NCBI GenBank assembly: GCA_964016885.1
Contig: OZ024741.1
Span: forward strand, 395,560,001-395,624,000
Direction: 5' to 3'
DNA: 64,000 nucleotides
From: Eledone cirrhosa
Lineage: Eukaryota
Shown here: positions 43,501-55,400 of the stretch, one piece after another
Numbering within the stretch: the stretch's first letter is position 1
Layout: each line of letters opens with the position of its first letter
Notes under the pieces: model-generated
Told to the model about the DNA's origin: nothing
Databases searched by the model: none
The model's input: the letters and a program-made list of their open reading frames with translations, nothing else
Position numbers and translations under genes: made by a program

Positions 43501-45530
43501 CTCACTATTATACACCACTGTACTATACTGTACTATATACACCACTGCACTGTACTATATATACCTCTCTATTATACACCACTGTACTGTACTATATACA
43601 CCCCTCTATTATACACCACTGTACTGTACTATATACACCTCTCTATTATACACCACTTTACGGTACTCTACTATATACACCTCTCTATTATACACCACTG
43701 TACTGTACTGTACTATATACACCTCACTATTATACACCATTGTACTGTACTATATACACCTCTCTATTATACACCACTGTACTGTACTATATACACCTCT
43801 CTATAATACACCACTGTACTGTACTGTACTATATACACCTCTCTATTATACACCATTGTACTGTACTGTACTATATACACCTCTCTATTATACACCACTG
43901 TACTGTACTGTACTATATACACCTCTCTATTATACACCACTGTACTGTACTGTACTATACACACCTGTCTATTTTACACCACTGTACTGTACTATATACA
44001 CCCCTCTATTATACACCACTGTACTGTACTATACACACCTCACTATTATACACCACTGTACTATACTGTACTATATACACCACTGCACTGTACTATATAT
44101 ACCTCTCTATTATACACCACTGTACTGTACTATATACACCCCTCTATTATACACCACTGTACTGTACTATATACACCTCTCTATTATACACCACTGTACT
44201 GTACTGTACTATATACACCTCTCTATTATACACCACTGTACTGTATTATATACACCTCTCTATTATACACCACTGTACTGTACTGTACTATATACACCTC
44301 TCTATTATACACCACTGTACTGTACTGTACTGTACTATATACACCTCTCTATTTTATACCACTGTACTATACCATATACACTGCTCTATTATACACCATT
44401 GTACTGTACTGTACGATATACACCTCTCTATTACCCCTCTCTATTATACACCACTGTACTGTACTATATAACCCTCTCTATTATACACACCTCTCTTTTA
44501 TACACCACTGTACTGAACTGTACTGTACTATATACTCCTCCTCTCTATTATACACCACTTTACTGTACTAGATACCCCTCTCTATAATACACCACTGTAG
44601 TGTCCTATATACACCTCTCTATTATACACCACTGTACTGTACTGTACTATATCCAACTCTCTATTATACACCACTGTACTGTACTATATACACCTCTCTA
44701 TAATACACCACTGTACTGTACTATTTACACCTCTCTATTATACACCACTGTACTGTACTGTACTGTACTATATACACCTCTCTATTATACACCACTGTAC
44801 TGTACGATATACACCTCTCTATAATACACCACTGTACTGTACTATATACACCTCTCTATTATACACCACTGTACTGTACTGTACTATATACACCTCTCTA
44901 TTATACACAACTGTACTGTACTATATGCACCTCTCTATTATACACCACTGTACTGTACTATATACCCCTCTCTATTATACACCACAGTACTGTACTATAT
45001 ACCCCTATCTATTATACACCACTGTACTGTACTATATACACCCCTCTATTATACACCACTGTACTGTACTATATACACCTCTCTATTATACACCACTTAA
45101 TTGTACTGTATACACATCTCTATTATACACTACTGTACTGTACTATATACACCTCTCTATCATACACCACTGTACTGTACTATATACACCTCTCTATTAT
45201 ACACCACTTAACTGTACTGTATACACATCTCTATTATACACTACTGTACTGTACTATATACACCTCTCTATCATACACCACTGTACTGTACTAAATACAC
45301 CTCTCTATTATACACCACTTAACTGTACCGTATACACATCTCTGTTATACACCACTGTACTGTTCTGTACTATATACACCTCTCTATTATACACCACTCT
45401 ATGTACTGTACTATATACACCTCTCTATAATACACCACTCTACTGTACTATATACACCTCTCTATTATACACCACTGTATGTACTGTATTATATACCCCT
45501 ATCTATTATACACCACTTAACTACACTATA
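40585..45530. repeat. SatB: tandem minisatellite, 37-bp base monomer with variable (ACTGT)n (37/42/47 bp units), roughly 125 copies
   Basis: Unit ACACCTCTCTATTATACACC(ACTGT)nACTATAT with n mostly 2-3; successive unit starts 40601, 40638, 40680 give 37 and 42 bp. The + strand is strongly G-poor. Confidence 0.97.
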
Positions 45531-45627
45531 CAACACTTTGAGTGGTGAACATTACGTAACTGTACTTCACAACACCTTGTGTGGTGAACACCACTCAACT
45601 AGACTGCATAACACTTTGAGTGTGACA
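45511..45627. repeat. Three degenerate 39-bp composite units (SatB-like half + SatC-like half)
   Basis: CACCACTTAACTACACTATACAACACTTTGAGTGGTGAA (45511), CATTACGTAACTGTACTTCACAACACCTTGTGTGGTGAA (45550), CACCACTCAACTAGACTGCATAACACTTTGAGTGTGACA (45589); a fourth copy follows SatC at ~45854-45894. Confidence 0.8.
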
Positions 45628-45854
45628 CAACACGTTGAGTGTGGCACAACACGTTGAGTGTGACACAACACGTTGAGTGTGGCACAACACGTTGAGTGTG
45701 ACATAACACGTTGCGTGTGGCACAATACGTTGAGTGTGTCACAACACGTTGAGTGTGGCACAACACGTTGAGTGTGACACAACACTTTGAGTGTGACACA
45801 ACACTTTGAGTGTGACACAACACTTTGAGTGTGACACAACACGTTGAGTATGGC
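45608..45854. repeat. SatC: 19-bp minisatellite, 13 tandem copies
   Basis: ACAACAC(G/T)TTGAGTGTG(A/G)C repeated at exact 19-bp spacing (45608, 45627, 45646 ... 45836). Confidence 0.97.
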
Positions 45855-45972
45855 ACCACCCTTAACTACACTCTACAACACTTTGAATGTGACACGCCAC
45901 TACACACGCCTATGTAGAACACTAAGCCGCACTGATTGAACGATTGGAACACAAGTTCTAATCTTGTACCAG

Positions 45973-45985
45973 TAATATACTATGA
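45973..45985 (+). CDS. Putative coding part of a terminal exon (completes ...C-N-I-L-stop if spliced to 40477-40516)
   Basis: CTAAT at 45958-45962, CTTGTACCAG acceptor ending 45972, then T AAT ATA CTA TGA. Phase fits the upstream micro-exon (TG|T = Cys). Inference from short motifs; weak pyrimidine tract and short branch-to-AG distance. Confidence 0.28.
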
Positions 45986-46024
45986 CGAACTTTAAAGTAG
46001 AAATACTCTTGCGGGTATTTTAGA

Positions 46025-46030
46025 AATAAA
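46025..46030 (+). promoter_or_regulatory. Candidate polyadenylation signal AATAAA
   Basis: Canonical hexamer 40 nt after the putative stop codon, followed by GT-rich sequence (TTGTCAGTGTCGT...TGTTGTG). The hexamer is seen directly; function is inferred. Confidence 0.3.
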
Positions 46031-46032
46031 CA

Positions 46033-46480
46033 TTGTCAGTGTCGTAACGCTAGCTCCGTGCTCCTGTTGTGAGTGCATCGTTTATCAGGCTCTGTGCCCC
46101 TGTTGTCAACACCACAGTGCAACCCCCTATACTCTTATTGCGAGCACCACAGAACAACCCCTATACTCTCGTTGCGAGCACCACAGAGCAACCCCCTATA
46201 CTCTTGTTGTGAGCACCACAGAGCAACCTCCTATACTCTTGTTGCGAGCGCGTCGTACAGCAACTTCTGTGCATCAGTTGTGATCATCGTACAGCAAGTT
46301 CTGGGCTCCGGTTGCAAGCGTCACACATCTAGCTCTATGCTAGAATTGTGAGGGCAATACAACTAGCTATATACTACAGTTGTGAGCGTCATACAACACA
46401 CTATATACAATTGTTGTAAGCGCATCGTACAGCAAGCTCTATGCTTTTGTTGCGATCATCGATCAGCAAGCACGATGCTA
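46033..46480. repeat. Diverged, GC-richer edge monomers of SatD (34-36 bp), including a local ~35-bp subfamily
   Basis: Units retain TTG(T/C)GAG...CTAT...CTCTTG landmarks at ~34-36 bp spacing; about four copies of GAGCACCACAGAGCAACCCCCTATACTCTTGTTG-like sequence at ~46105-46250. Confidence 0.85.
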
Positions 46481-49400
46481 CTGTTGTGAGTGTCATACAA
46501 CTAGCTATATGCTACTGTTGCGAGTGTCATACAACTAGCTATATGCTACTGTTGTGAGTGTCATACAACTAGCTATATGCTACTTTTGTGAGTGTCATAC
46601 AACTAGCTATATGCTCTTGTTGTGAGTGTCATACAACTAACTATATACTCTTGTTGTGAGTGTCATACAACTAGCTATATTCTCTTGTTATGAGTGTCAT
46701 ACGACTAGCTATATGCTACTGTTGTGAGTGTCATACAACTAACTATATACTCTTGTTGTGAGTGTCATACAACTAACTATATTCTCTTGTTGTGAGTGTC
46801 ATACAACTAACTATTTTCTCTTGTTGTGAGTGTCATACAACTAGCTATATACTCTTGTTGTGAGTGTCATACAACTAACTATATTCTCTTGTTGTGAGTG
46901 TCATACAACTAACTATATTCTCTTGTTGTGAGTGTCATACAACTAACTATATACTCTTGTTGTGAGTGTCATACAACTAAATATTTTCTCTTGTTGTGAG
47001 TGTCATACAACTAGCTATATGCTACTTTTGTGAGTGTCATACAACTAGCTATATGCTCTTGTTGTGAGTGTCATACAACTAACTATATACTCTTGTTGTG
47101 AGTGTCATACAACTAGCTATATTCTCTTGTTATGAGTGTCATACGACTAGCTATATGCTACTGTTGTAAGTGTCATACAACTAACTATATACTCTTGTTG
47201 TGAGTGTCATACAACTAACTATATTCTCTTGTTGTGAGTGTCATACAACTAACTATTTTCTCTTGTTGTGAGTGTCATACAACTAGCTATATACTCTTGT
47301 TGTGAGTGTCATACAACTAACTATATTCTCTTGTTGTGAGTGTCATACAACTAACTATATTCTCTTGTTGTGAGTGTCATACAACTAGCTATATATTCTT
47401 GTTGTAAGTGTCATACAACTAGCTATATTCTCTTGTTGTGAGTGTCATACAACTAGCTATATACTCTTGTTGTGAGTGTCATACAACTAACTATATTCTC
47501 TTGTTCTGAGTGTCATACAACTAGCTATATGCTACTGTTGTGAGTTTCATACAACTAGCTATATGCTACTGTTGTGAGTGTCATACAGCTAGCTATATGC
47601 TCTTGTTGTGAGTGTCATACAACTAGCTATATTCTCTTGTTGTGAGTGTCATACGACTAGCTATATGTTCTTGTTGTGAGTGTCATACAACTAGCTATAT
47701 TCTCTTGTTGCGAGTGTCATACAACTAGCTATATGCTCTTGTTGTGAGTGTCATACAACTAAATATATTCTCTTCTTGCTAGTGTCATACAACTAGCTAT
47801 ATTCTCTTGTTGTGAGTGTCATACAACTAACTATATGCTCTTGTTGTGAGTGTCATACAACTAGCTATATACTCTTGTTGTGAGTGTCATACAACTAGCT
47901 ATATTCTCTTGTTGTGAGTGTCATACAACTAACTATATTCTCTTGTTGTGAGTGTCATACAACTAACTATATACTCTTGTTGTGAGTGTCATACAACTAG
48001 CTATATACTCTTGTTGTGAGTGTTATACAACTAACTATATGCTCTTGTTGTGAGTGCCATACAACTAGCTATATACTCTTGTTGTGAGTCTCATACAACT
48101 AGCTATATGCTACTGTTGTGAGTGTCATATAACTAACTATATTCTCTTGTTGTGAGTGTCATACAACTAACTATATGCTCTTGTTGTGAGTGTCATACAA
48201 CTAACTATATTCTCTTGTTGTGAGTGTCATACAACTAGCTACTTTCTATTTATATAAGTGTCATACAACTAACTATATTCTCTTGTTGTGAGTGTCATAC
48301 AACTAACTATATACTCTTGTTGTCAGTGTCATACAACTAACTCTATTCTCTTGTTGTGAGTGTCATACAACTAACTATATTCTCTTGTTGTGAGTGTCAT
48401 ACAACTAACTATATGCTCTTGTTGTGAGTGTCATACAACTAACTATATTCTCTTGTTGCGAGTGTCATACAACTAACTATATTCTCTTGTTGCGAGTGTC
48501 ATACAACTAACTATATACTCTTGTTGTGAGTGTCATACAACTAACTATATTCTCTTGTTGTGAGTGGCATACAACTAACTATATACTCTTGTTGTGAGTG
48601 TCATACAACTAGCTATATTCTCTTGTTGTGAGTGTCATACAACTAGCTATAATCTCTTGTTGTGAGTGTCATACAACTAGCTATATACTCTTGTTGTGAG
48701 TGTCATACAACTAGCTATATTCTCTTGTTGTGAGTGTCATACAACTAACTATATTCTCTTGTTGTGAGTGTCATACAACTAACTATATACTCTTGTTGTG
48801 AGTGTCATACAACTAACTTATATTCTCTTGTTGTGAGTATCATACAACTAACTATATACTCTCGTTGTGAATGTCATACAACTAACTACATGCTCTTGTT
48901 GTGAGTGTCATACAACTAACTATATTCTCTTGTTGTGTGTGTCATACAACTAACTATATTCTCTTGTTGTGAGTGTCATACAACTAGCTATATGCTCTTG
49001 TTGTGAGTGTCATACAACTAACTATATACTCTTGTTGCGAGTGTCATACAACTAACTATATGCTCTTGTTGTGAGTGTCATACAACTAACTATATTCTCT
49101 TGTTGTGAGTGTCATACAACTAACTATATTCTCTTGTTGTGAGTGTCATACAACTATATTCTCTTGTTGTTAGTGTCATACAACAAGCTATATTCTCTTG
49201 TTGTGAGTGTCATACAACTAACTATATTCTCTTGTTGTGAGTGTCATACAACTAACTATTTACTCTTATTGTGAGTGTCATACAACTAACTATATGCTCT
49301 TGTTGTGAGTGTCATACAACTAACTATATACTCTTGTTGTGAGTGTCATACAACTAGCTATATTCTCTTGTTGTGAGTGTCATACAACTAACTATATTCT

Positions 49401-52400
49401 CTTGTTGTGAGTGTCATACAGCTAGCTATATTCTCTTGTTGTGAGTGTCATAAAACTAACTATATTCTCTTGTTGTTAGTGTCATACGACAAGCTATATT
49501 CTCTTGTTGTGAGTGTCATACAACTAGCTATTTTCTCTTGTTGTGAGTGTCATACAACTAACTATATTGTCTTCTTGTTAGTGTCATACAACTAACTATA
49601 TTCTCTTGTTGTGAGTGTCATACAACTAACTATATGCTCTTGTTGTGAGTGTCATACAACTAACTATATTCTCTTGTTGTCAGTGTCATACAACTAACTC
49701 TATTCTCTTGTTGTGAGTGTCATACAACTAACTATATACTCTTGTTGTGAGTGTCATACACCTAAATGTATTCTCTTGTTGTGAGTGTCATACAACTAAC
49801 TATATACTCTTGTTATGAGTGTCATACAACTAAATGTATTCTCTTGTTGTGAGTGTCATACAACTAGCTATATTCTCTTGTTGCGAGTGTCATACAACTA
49901 ACTATATACTCTTGTTGTGAGTGTCATACAACTAGCTATATGCTCTTGTTGTTAGTGTCATACAACTAACTATATACACTTGTTGTGAGTGTCATACAAC
50001 TAACTATATACTCTTGATGTGAGTGTCATACAACTGACTATATACTCTTGTTGTAAGTGTCATACAACTAGCTATATGCTCTTGTTGCGAGTGTCATACA
50101 ACAAACTAAATTCTCTTGTTGTGAGTATCATACAACTAACTATATTCTCTTGTTGTGAGTGTCATACAACTAACTATATTCTCTTGTTGTATGTGTCATA
50201 CAACTAGCTATATTCTCTTATTGTGAGTGTCATACAACTAACTCTATTCTCTTGTTGTGAGTGTCATACAACTAAGTATATTCTCTTGTTATCAGTGTCA
50301 TACAACTAGCTATATTCTCTTGTTGTGAGTGTCATACAACTAACTATATACTCTTGTTGTGATTGTCATACAACTAACAATATTCTCTTGTTGTGAGTGT
50401 CATACAACTAGCTATATTCTCTTGTAGTGAGTGTCCTACAACTAACTATATACTCTTGTTATGAGTGTCATACAACTAGCTATATTTTCTTGTTGTGAGT
50501 GTCATACAACTAACTATATACTCTTGTTGTGAATGTCATACAACTAACTATATACTCTTGTTGTGAGTGTCATACAACTAACTATATTCTCTTGTTATCA
50601 GTGTCATACAACTAGCTATATTCTCTTGTTGTGAGTGTCATACAACTAACTATATACTCTTGTTGTGATTGTCATACAACTAACAATATTCTCTTGCTGT
50701 GAGTGTCATACAACTAGCTATATTCTCTTGTTGTGAGTGTCCTACAACTAACTATATACTCTTGTTATGAGTGTCATACAACTAGCTATATTTTCTTGTT
50801 GTGAGTGTCATACAACTAACTATATACTCTTGTTGTGAATGTCATACAACTAACTATATACTCTTGTTGTGAATGTCATACAACTAGCTATATGCTCTTG
50901 TTGCCAGTGTCATACAACTAACTATATTCTCTTGTTGTGAGTGTCATACAACTAGCTATATGCTCTTGTCGTGAGTGTCATACAACTAACTATATACTCT
51001 TGTTGCGAGTGTCATACAACTAACTATATACTCTTGTTGTGAATGTTATACAACTAACTATATACTCTTGTTGTGAGTGTCATACAACTAACTATATGCT
51101 CTTGTTTCGAGTATCATACAACTAACTATATCCTCTTGTTGTGAGTGTCATACAACTAACTATATACTCTTGTTGCGAGTGTCATACAACTAACTATATA
51201 CTCTTGTTGTGAATGTCATACAACTAACTATATACTCTTGTTGTGAGTGTCATATAACTAACTATATGCTCTTGTTTCGAGTATCATACAACTAACTATA
51301 TCCTCTTGTTGTGAGTGTCATACAACTAACTATATTCTCTTGTTGCGAGTATCATACAACTAACTATATCCTCTTGTTGTGAGTGTCATACAACTAACTA
51401 TATACTCTTGTTGCGAGTGTCATACAACTAACTATATACTCTTGTTGTGAGTGTCATACAACTAGCTATATGCTCTTGTTGCGAGTGTCATACAACTAAC
51501 TATATACTCTTGTTGTGAGTGTCATACAATTAAATATATTCTCTTGTTGTGAGTGTCATACAACTAGCTATATTCTCTTGTTGTGCGTGTCATACCACTA
51601 ACTATATTCTCTTGTTGCGAGTGTCATACAACAAGCTATATTCTCTTGTTGTGAGTGTCATACAACTAACTATATTCTCTTGTTGTGAGTGTAATACAAC
51701 TAACTATATTCTATTGTTGTGAGTGTCATACAACTAGCTATATTCTCTTGTTGTGAGTGTCATACAACTCACTCTATTCTCTTGTTGTGAGTGTCATACA
51801 ACTAACTATATTCTCTTGTTGTGAGTGTCATACAACTAACTATATACTCTTGTTGTGAGTGTCATACAACTAACTATATACTCTTGTTGTGAGTGTCATA
51901 CAACTAACTATATTCTCTTTTTGTGAGTGTCATACAACTAACTATATACTCTTGTTGTGAGTGTCATACAACTAACTATATTCTCTTGTTGTGAGTGTCA
52001 TACAACTAGCTATATTCTCTTGTTGTGAGTGTCATACCACTAACGATGTTCACGTGTTGCGAGTGTGATACAACTAACTATATACTCTTGTTGTGAGTGT
52101 CATACAACTAGCTATATGCTCTTGTTGTGAGTGTCATACCACTAACTATATTCTCTTGTTGTGAGTGTCATACAACTAACTATATACTCTTGTTGTGAGT
52201 GTCATACAACAAGCTATATTCTCTTGTTGTGAGTGTCATACAACTAGCTATATTCTCTTGTTGTGAGTGTCATACAACTAGCTATATGCTCTTGTTGTGA
52301 ATGTCATACAACTAGCTATATTCTCTTGTTGTGAGTGTCATACAACTAACTATATTCTCTTGTTGCGAGTGTCCTACAACTAACTATATGCTCTTGTTGC

Positions 52401-55400
52401 GAGTATCATACAAGTAAATATATACTCTTGTTGCGAGTGTCATACAACTAACTATATACACTTGTTGTAAGTGTCATACAACTAGCTATATGCTCTTGTT
52501 GCGAGTGTCATATAACTAACTATATACTCTTGTTGTGAGTGTCATACAACTAACTATATTCTCTTGTTGTGTGTGTCATACAACTAACTATATACTCTTG
52601 TTGTGAGTGTCTTACAACTAGCTATATACTCTTGTTGCGAGTGTCATACAACTAACTATATACTCTTGTTGTGAATGTCATACAACTAACTATATACTCT
52701 TGTTGTGAGTGTCATACAACTAACTATATGCTCTTGTTTCGAGTGTCATACAACAAGTTATATTCTCTTGTTGTGAGTGTTATACCACTAATTATATTCT
52801 TTTGTTGCGAGTGTCATACAACTAACTATATACTCTTGTTATCAGTGTCATACAACTAGCTATATTCTCTTGTTGTGAGTGTCATACAACTAACTATATA
52901 CTCTTGTTGTGATTGTCATACAACTAAAAATATTCTCTTGTTGTGAGTGTCATACAACTAGCTATATTCTCTTGTTGTGAGTGTCCTACAACTAACTATA
53001 TACTCTTGTTATGAGTGTCATACAACTAGCTATATTTTCTTGTTGTGAGTGTCATACAACTAACTATATACTCTTGTTGTGAATGTCATACAACTAGCTG
53101 TATGCTCTTGTTGCCAGTGTCATACAACTAACTATATTCTCTTGTTGTGATTGTCATACAACTAGCTATATGCTCTTGTCGTGAGTGTCATACAACTAAC
53201 TATATACTCTTGTTGTGAGTGTCATACAACTAGCTATATGCTCTTGTTGCGAGTGTCATACAACTAAATATATACTCTTGTTGTGAATGTCATACAACTA
53301 ACTATATACTCTTGTTGTGAGTGTCATACAACTAACTATATGCTCTTGTTTCGAGTATCATACAACTAACTATATACTCTTGTTGTGAGTGTCATACAAC
53401 TAAATATATACTCTTGTTGCGAGTGTCATACAACTAACTACATACACTTGTTGTGAGTGTCATACAACTAGTTATATGCTCTTGTTGCGAGTGTCATACA
53501 ACTAACTATATACTCTTGTTGTGAGTGTCATACAACTAACTATATTCTCTTGTTGTGAGTGTCATACAACTAACTATATTCTCTTGTTGTCAGTGTCATA
53601 CAACTAACTCTATTCTCTTGTTGTGAGTGTCATACAACTAACTATATACTCTTGTTGTGAGTGTCATACACCTAAATGTATTCTCTTGTTGTGAGTGTCA
53701 TACAACTAACTATATACTCTTGTTATGAGTGTCATACAACTAAATGTATTCTCTTGTTGTGAGTGTCATACAACTAGCTATATTCTCTTGTTGCGAGTGT
53801 CATACAACTAACTATATACTCTTGTTGTGAGTGTCATACAACTAGCTATATGCTCTTGTTGTTAGTGTCATACAACTAACTATATACACTTGTTGTGAGT
53901 GTCATACAACTAACTATATACTCTTGATGTGAGTGTCATACAACTGACTATATACTCTTGTTGTAAGTGTCATACAACTAGCTATATGCTCTTGTTGCGA
54001 GTGTCATACAACAAACTAAATTCTCTTGTTGTGAGTATCATACAACTAACTATATTCTCTTGTTGTGAGTGTCATACAACTAACTATATTCTCTTGTTGT
54101 ATGTGTCATACAACTAGCTATATTCTCTTATTGTGAGTGTCATACAACTAACTCTATTCTCTTGTTGTGAGTGTCATACAACTAAGTATATTCTCTTGTT
54201 ATCAGTGTCATACAACTAGCTATATTCTCTTGTTGTGAGTGTCATACAACTAACTATATACTCTTGTTGTGATTGTCATACAACTAACAATATTCTCTTG
54301 TTGTGAGTGTCATACAACTAGCTATATTCTCTTGTAGTGAGTGTCCTACAACTAACTATATACTCTTGTTATGAGTGTCATACAACTAGCTATATTTTCT
54401 TGTTGTGAGTGTCATACAACTAACTATATACTCTTGTTGTGAATGTCATACAACTAACTATATACTCTTGTTGTGAGTGTCATACAACTAACTATATTCT
54501 CTTGTTATCAGTGTCATACAACTAGCTATATTCTCTTGTTGTGAGTGTCATACAACTAACTATATACTCTTGTTGTGATTGTCATACAACTAACAATATT
54601 CTCTTGCTGTGAGTGTCATACAACTAGCTATATTCTCTTGTTGTGAGTGTCCTACAACTAACTATATACTCTTGTTATGAGTGTCATACAACTAGCTATA
54701 TTTTCTTGTTGTGAGTGTCATACAACTAACTATATACTCTTGTTGTGAATGTCATACAACTAACTATATACTCTTGTTGTGAATGTCATACAACTAGCTA
54801 TATGCTCTTGTTGCCAGTGTCATACAACTAACTATATTCTCTTGTTGTGAGTGTCATACAACTAGCTATATGCTCTTGTCGTGAGTGTCATACAACTAAC
54901 TATATACTCTTGTTGCGAGTGTCATACAACTAACTATATACTCTTGTTGTGAATGTTATACAACTAACTATATACTCTTGTTGTAAGTGTCATATAACTA
55001 ACTATATGCTCTTGTTTCGAGTATCATACAACTAACTATATCCTCTTGTTGTGAGTGTCATACAACTAACTATATACTCTTGTTGCGAGTGTCTTACAAC
55101 TAACTATATACTCTTGTTGTGAGTGTCATACAACTAGCTATATGCTCTTGTTGCGAGTGTCATACAACTAACTATATACTCTTGTTGTGAATGTCATACA
55201 ACTAACTATATACTCTTGTTGTGAGTGTCATATAACTAACTATATGCTCTTGTTTCGAGTATCATACAACTAACTATATCCTCTTGTTGTGAGTGTCATA
55301 CAACTAACTATATACTCTTGTTGCGAGTGTCATACAACTAACTATATACTCTTGTTGTGAGTGTCATACAACTAGCTATATGCTCTTGTTGCGAGTGTCA

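Larger units (their letters stand above)
45896..46032. other. Unique island 2 between SatC and the SatD edge
   Basis: About 135 bp with no tandem periodicity; contains a short inverted repeat (46000-46021) and AATAAA (46025-46030). Confidence 0.85.

Noticed and set aside
40575-45859. Long Tyr/Thr/Cys/His-rich ORFs (up to 628 aa) over SatB and reverse-strand ORFs over SatB/SatC
   Set aside because: The units lack stop triplets on that strand and are mostly not multiples of 3, so multiple frames are open and cycle through the same peptides. This is an artefact of composition.
45516-45886. 26-bp direct repeats flanking SatC as a target-site duplication or LTR-like ends of a mobile element
   Set aside because: Better explained as members of the 39-bp tandem unit, of which two more degenerate copies lie between them; no terminal inverted repeats or coding capacity.
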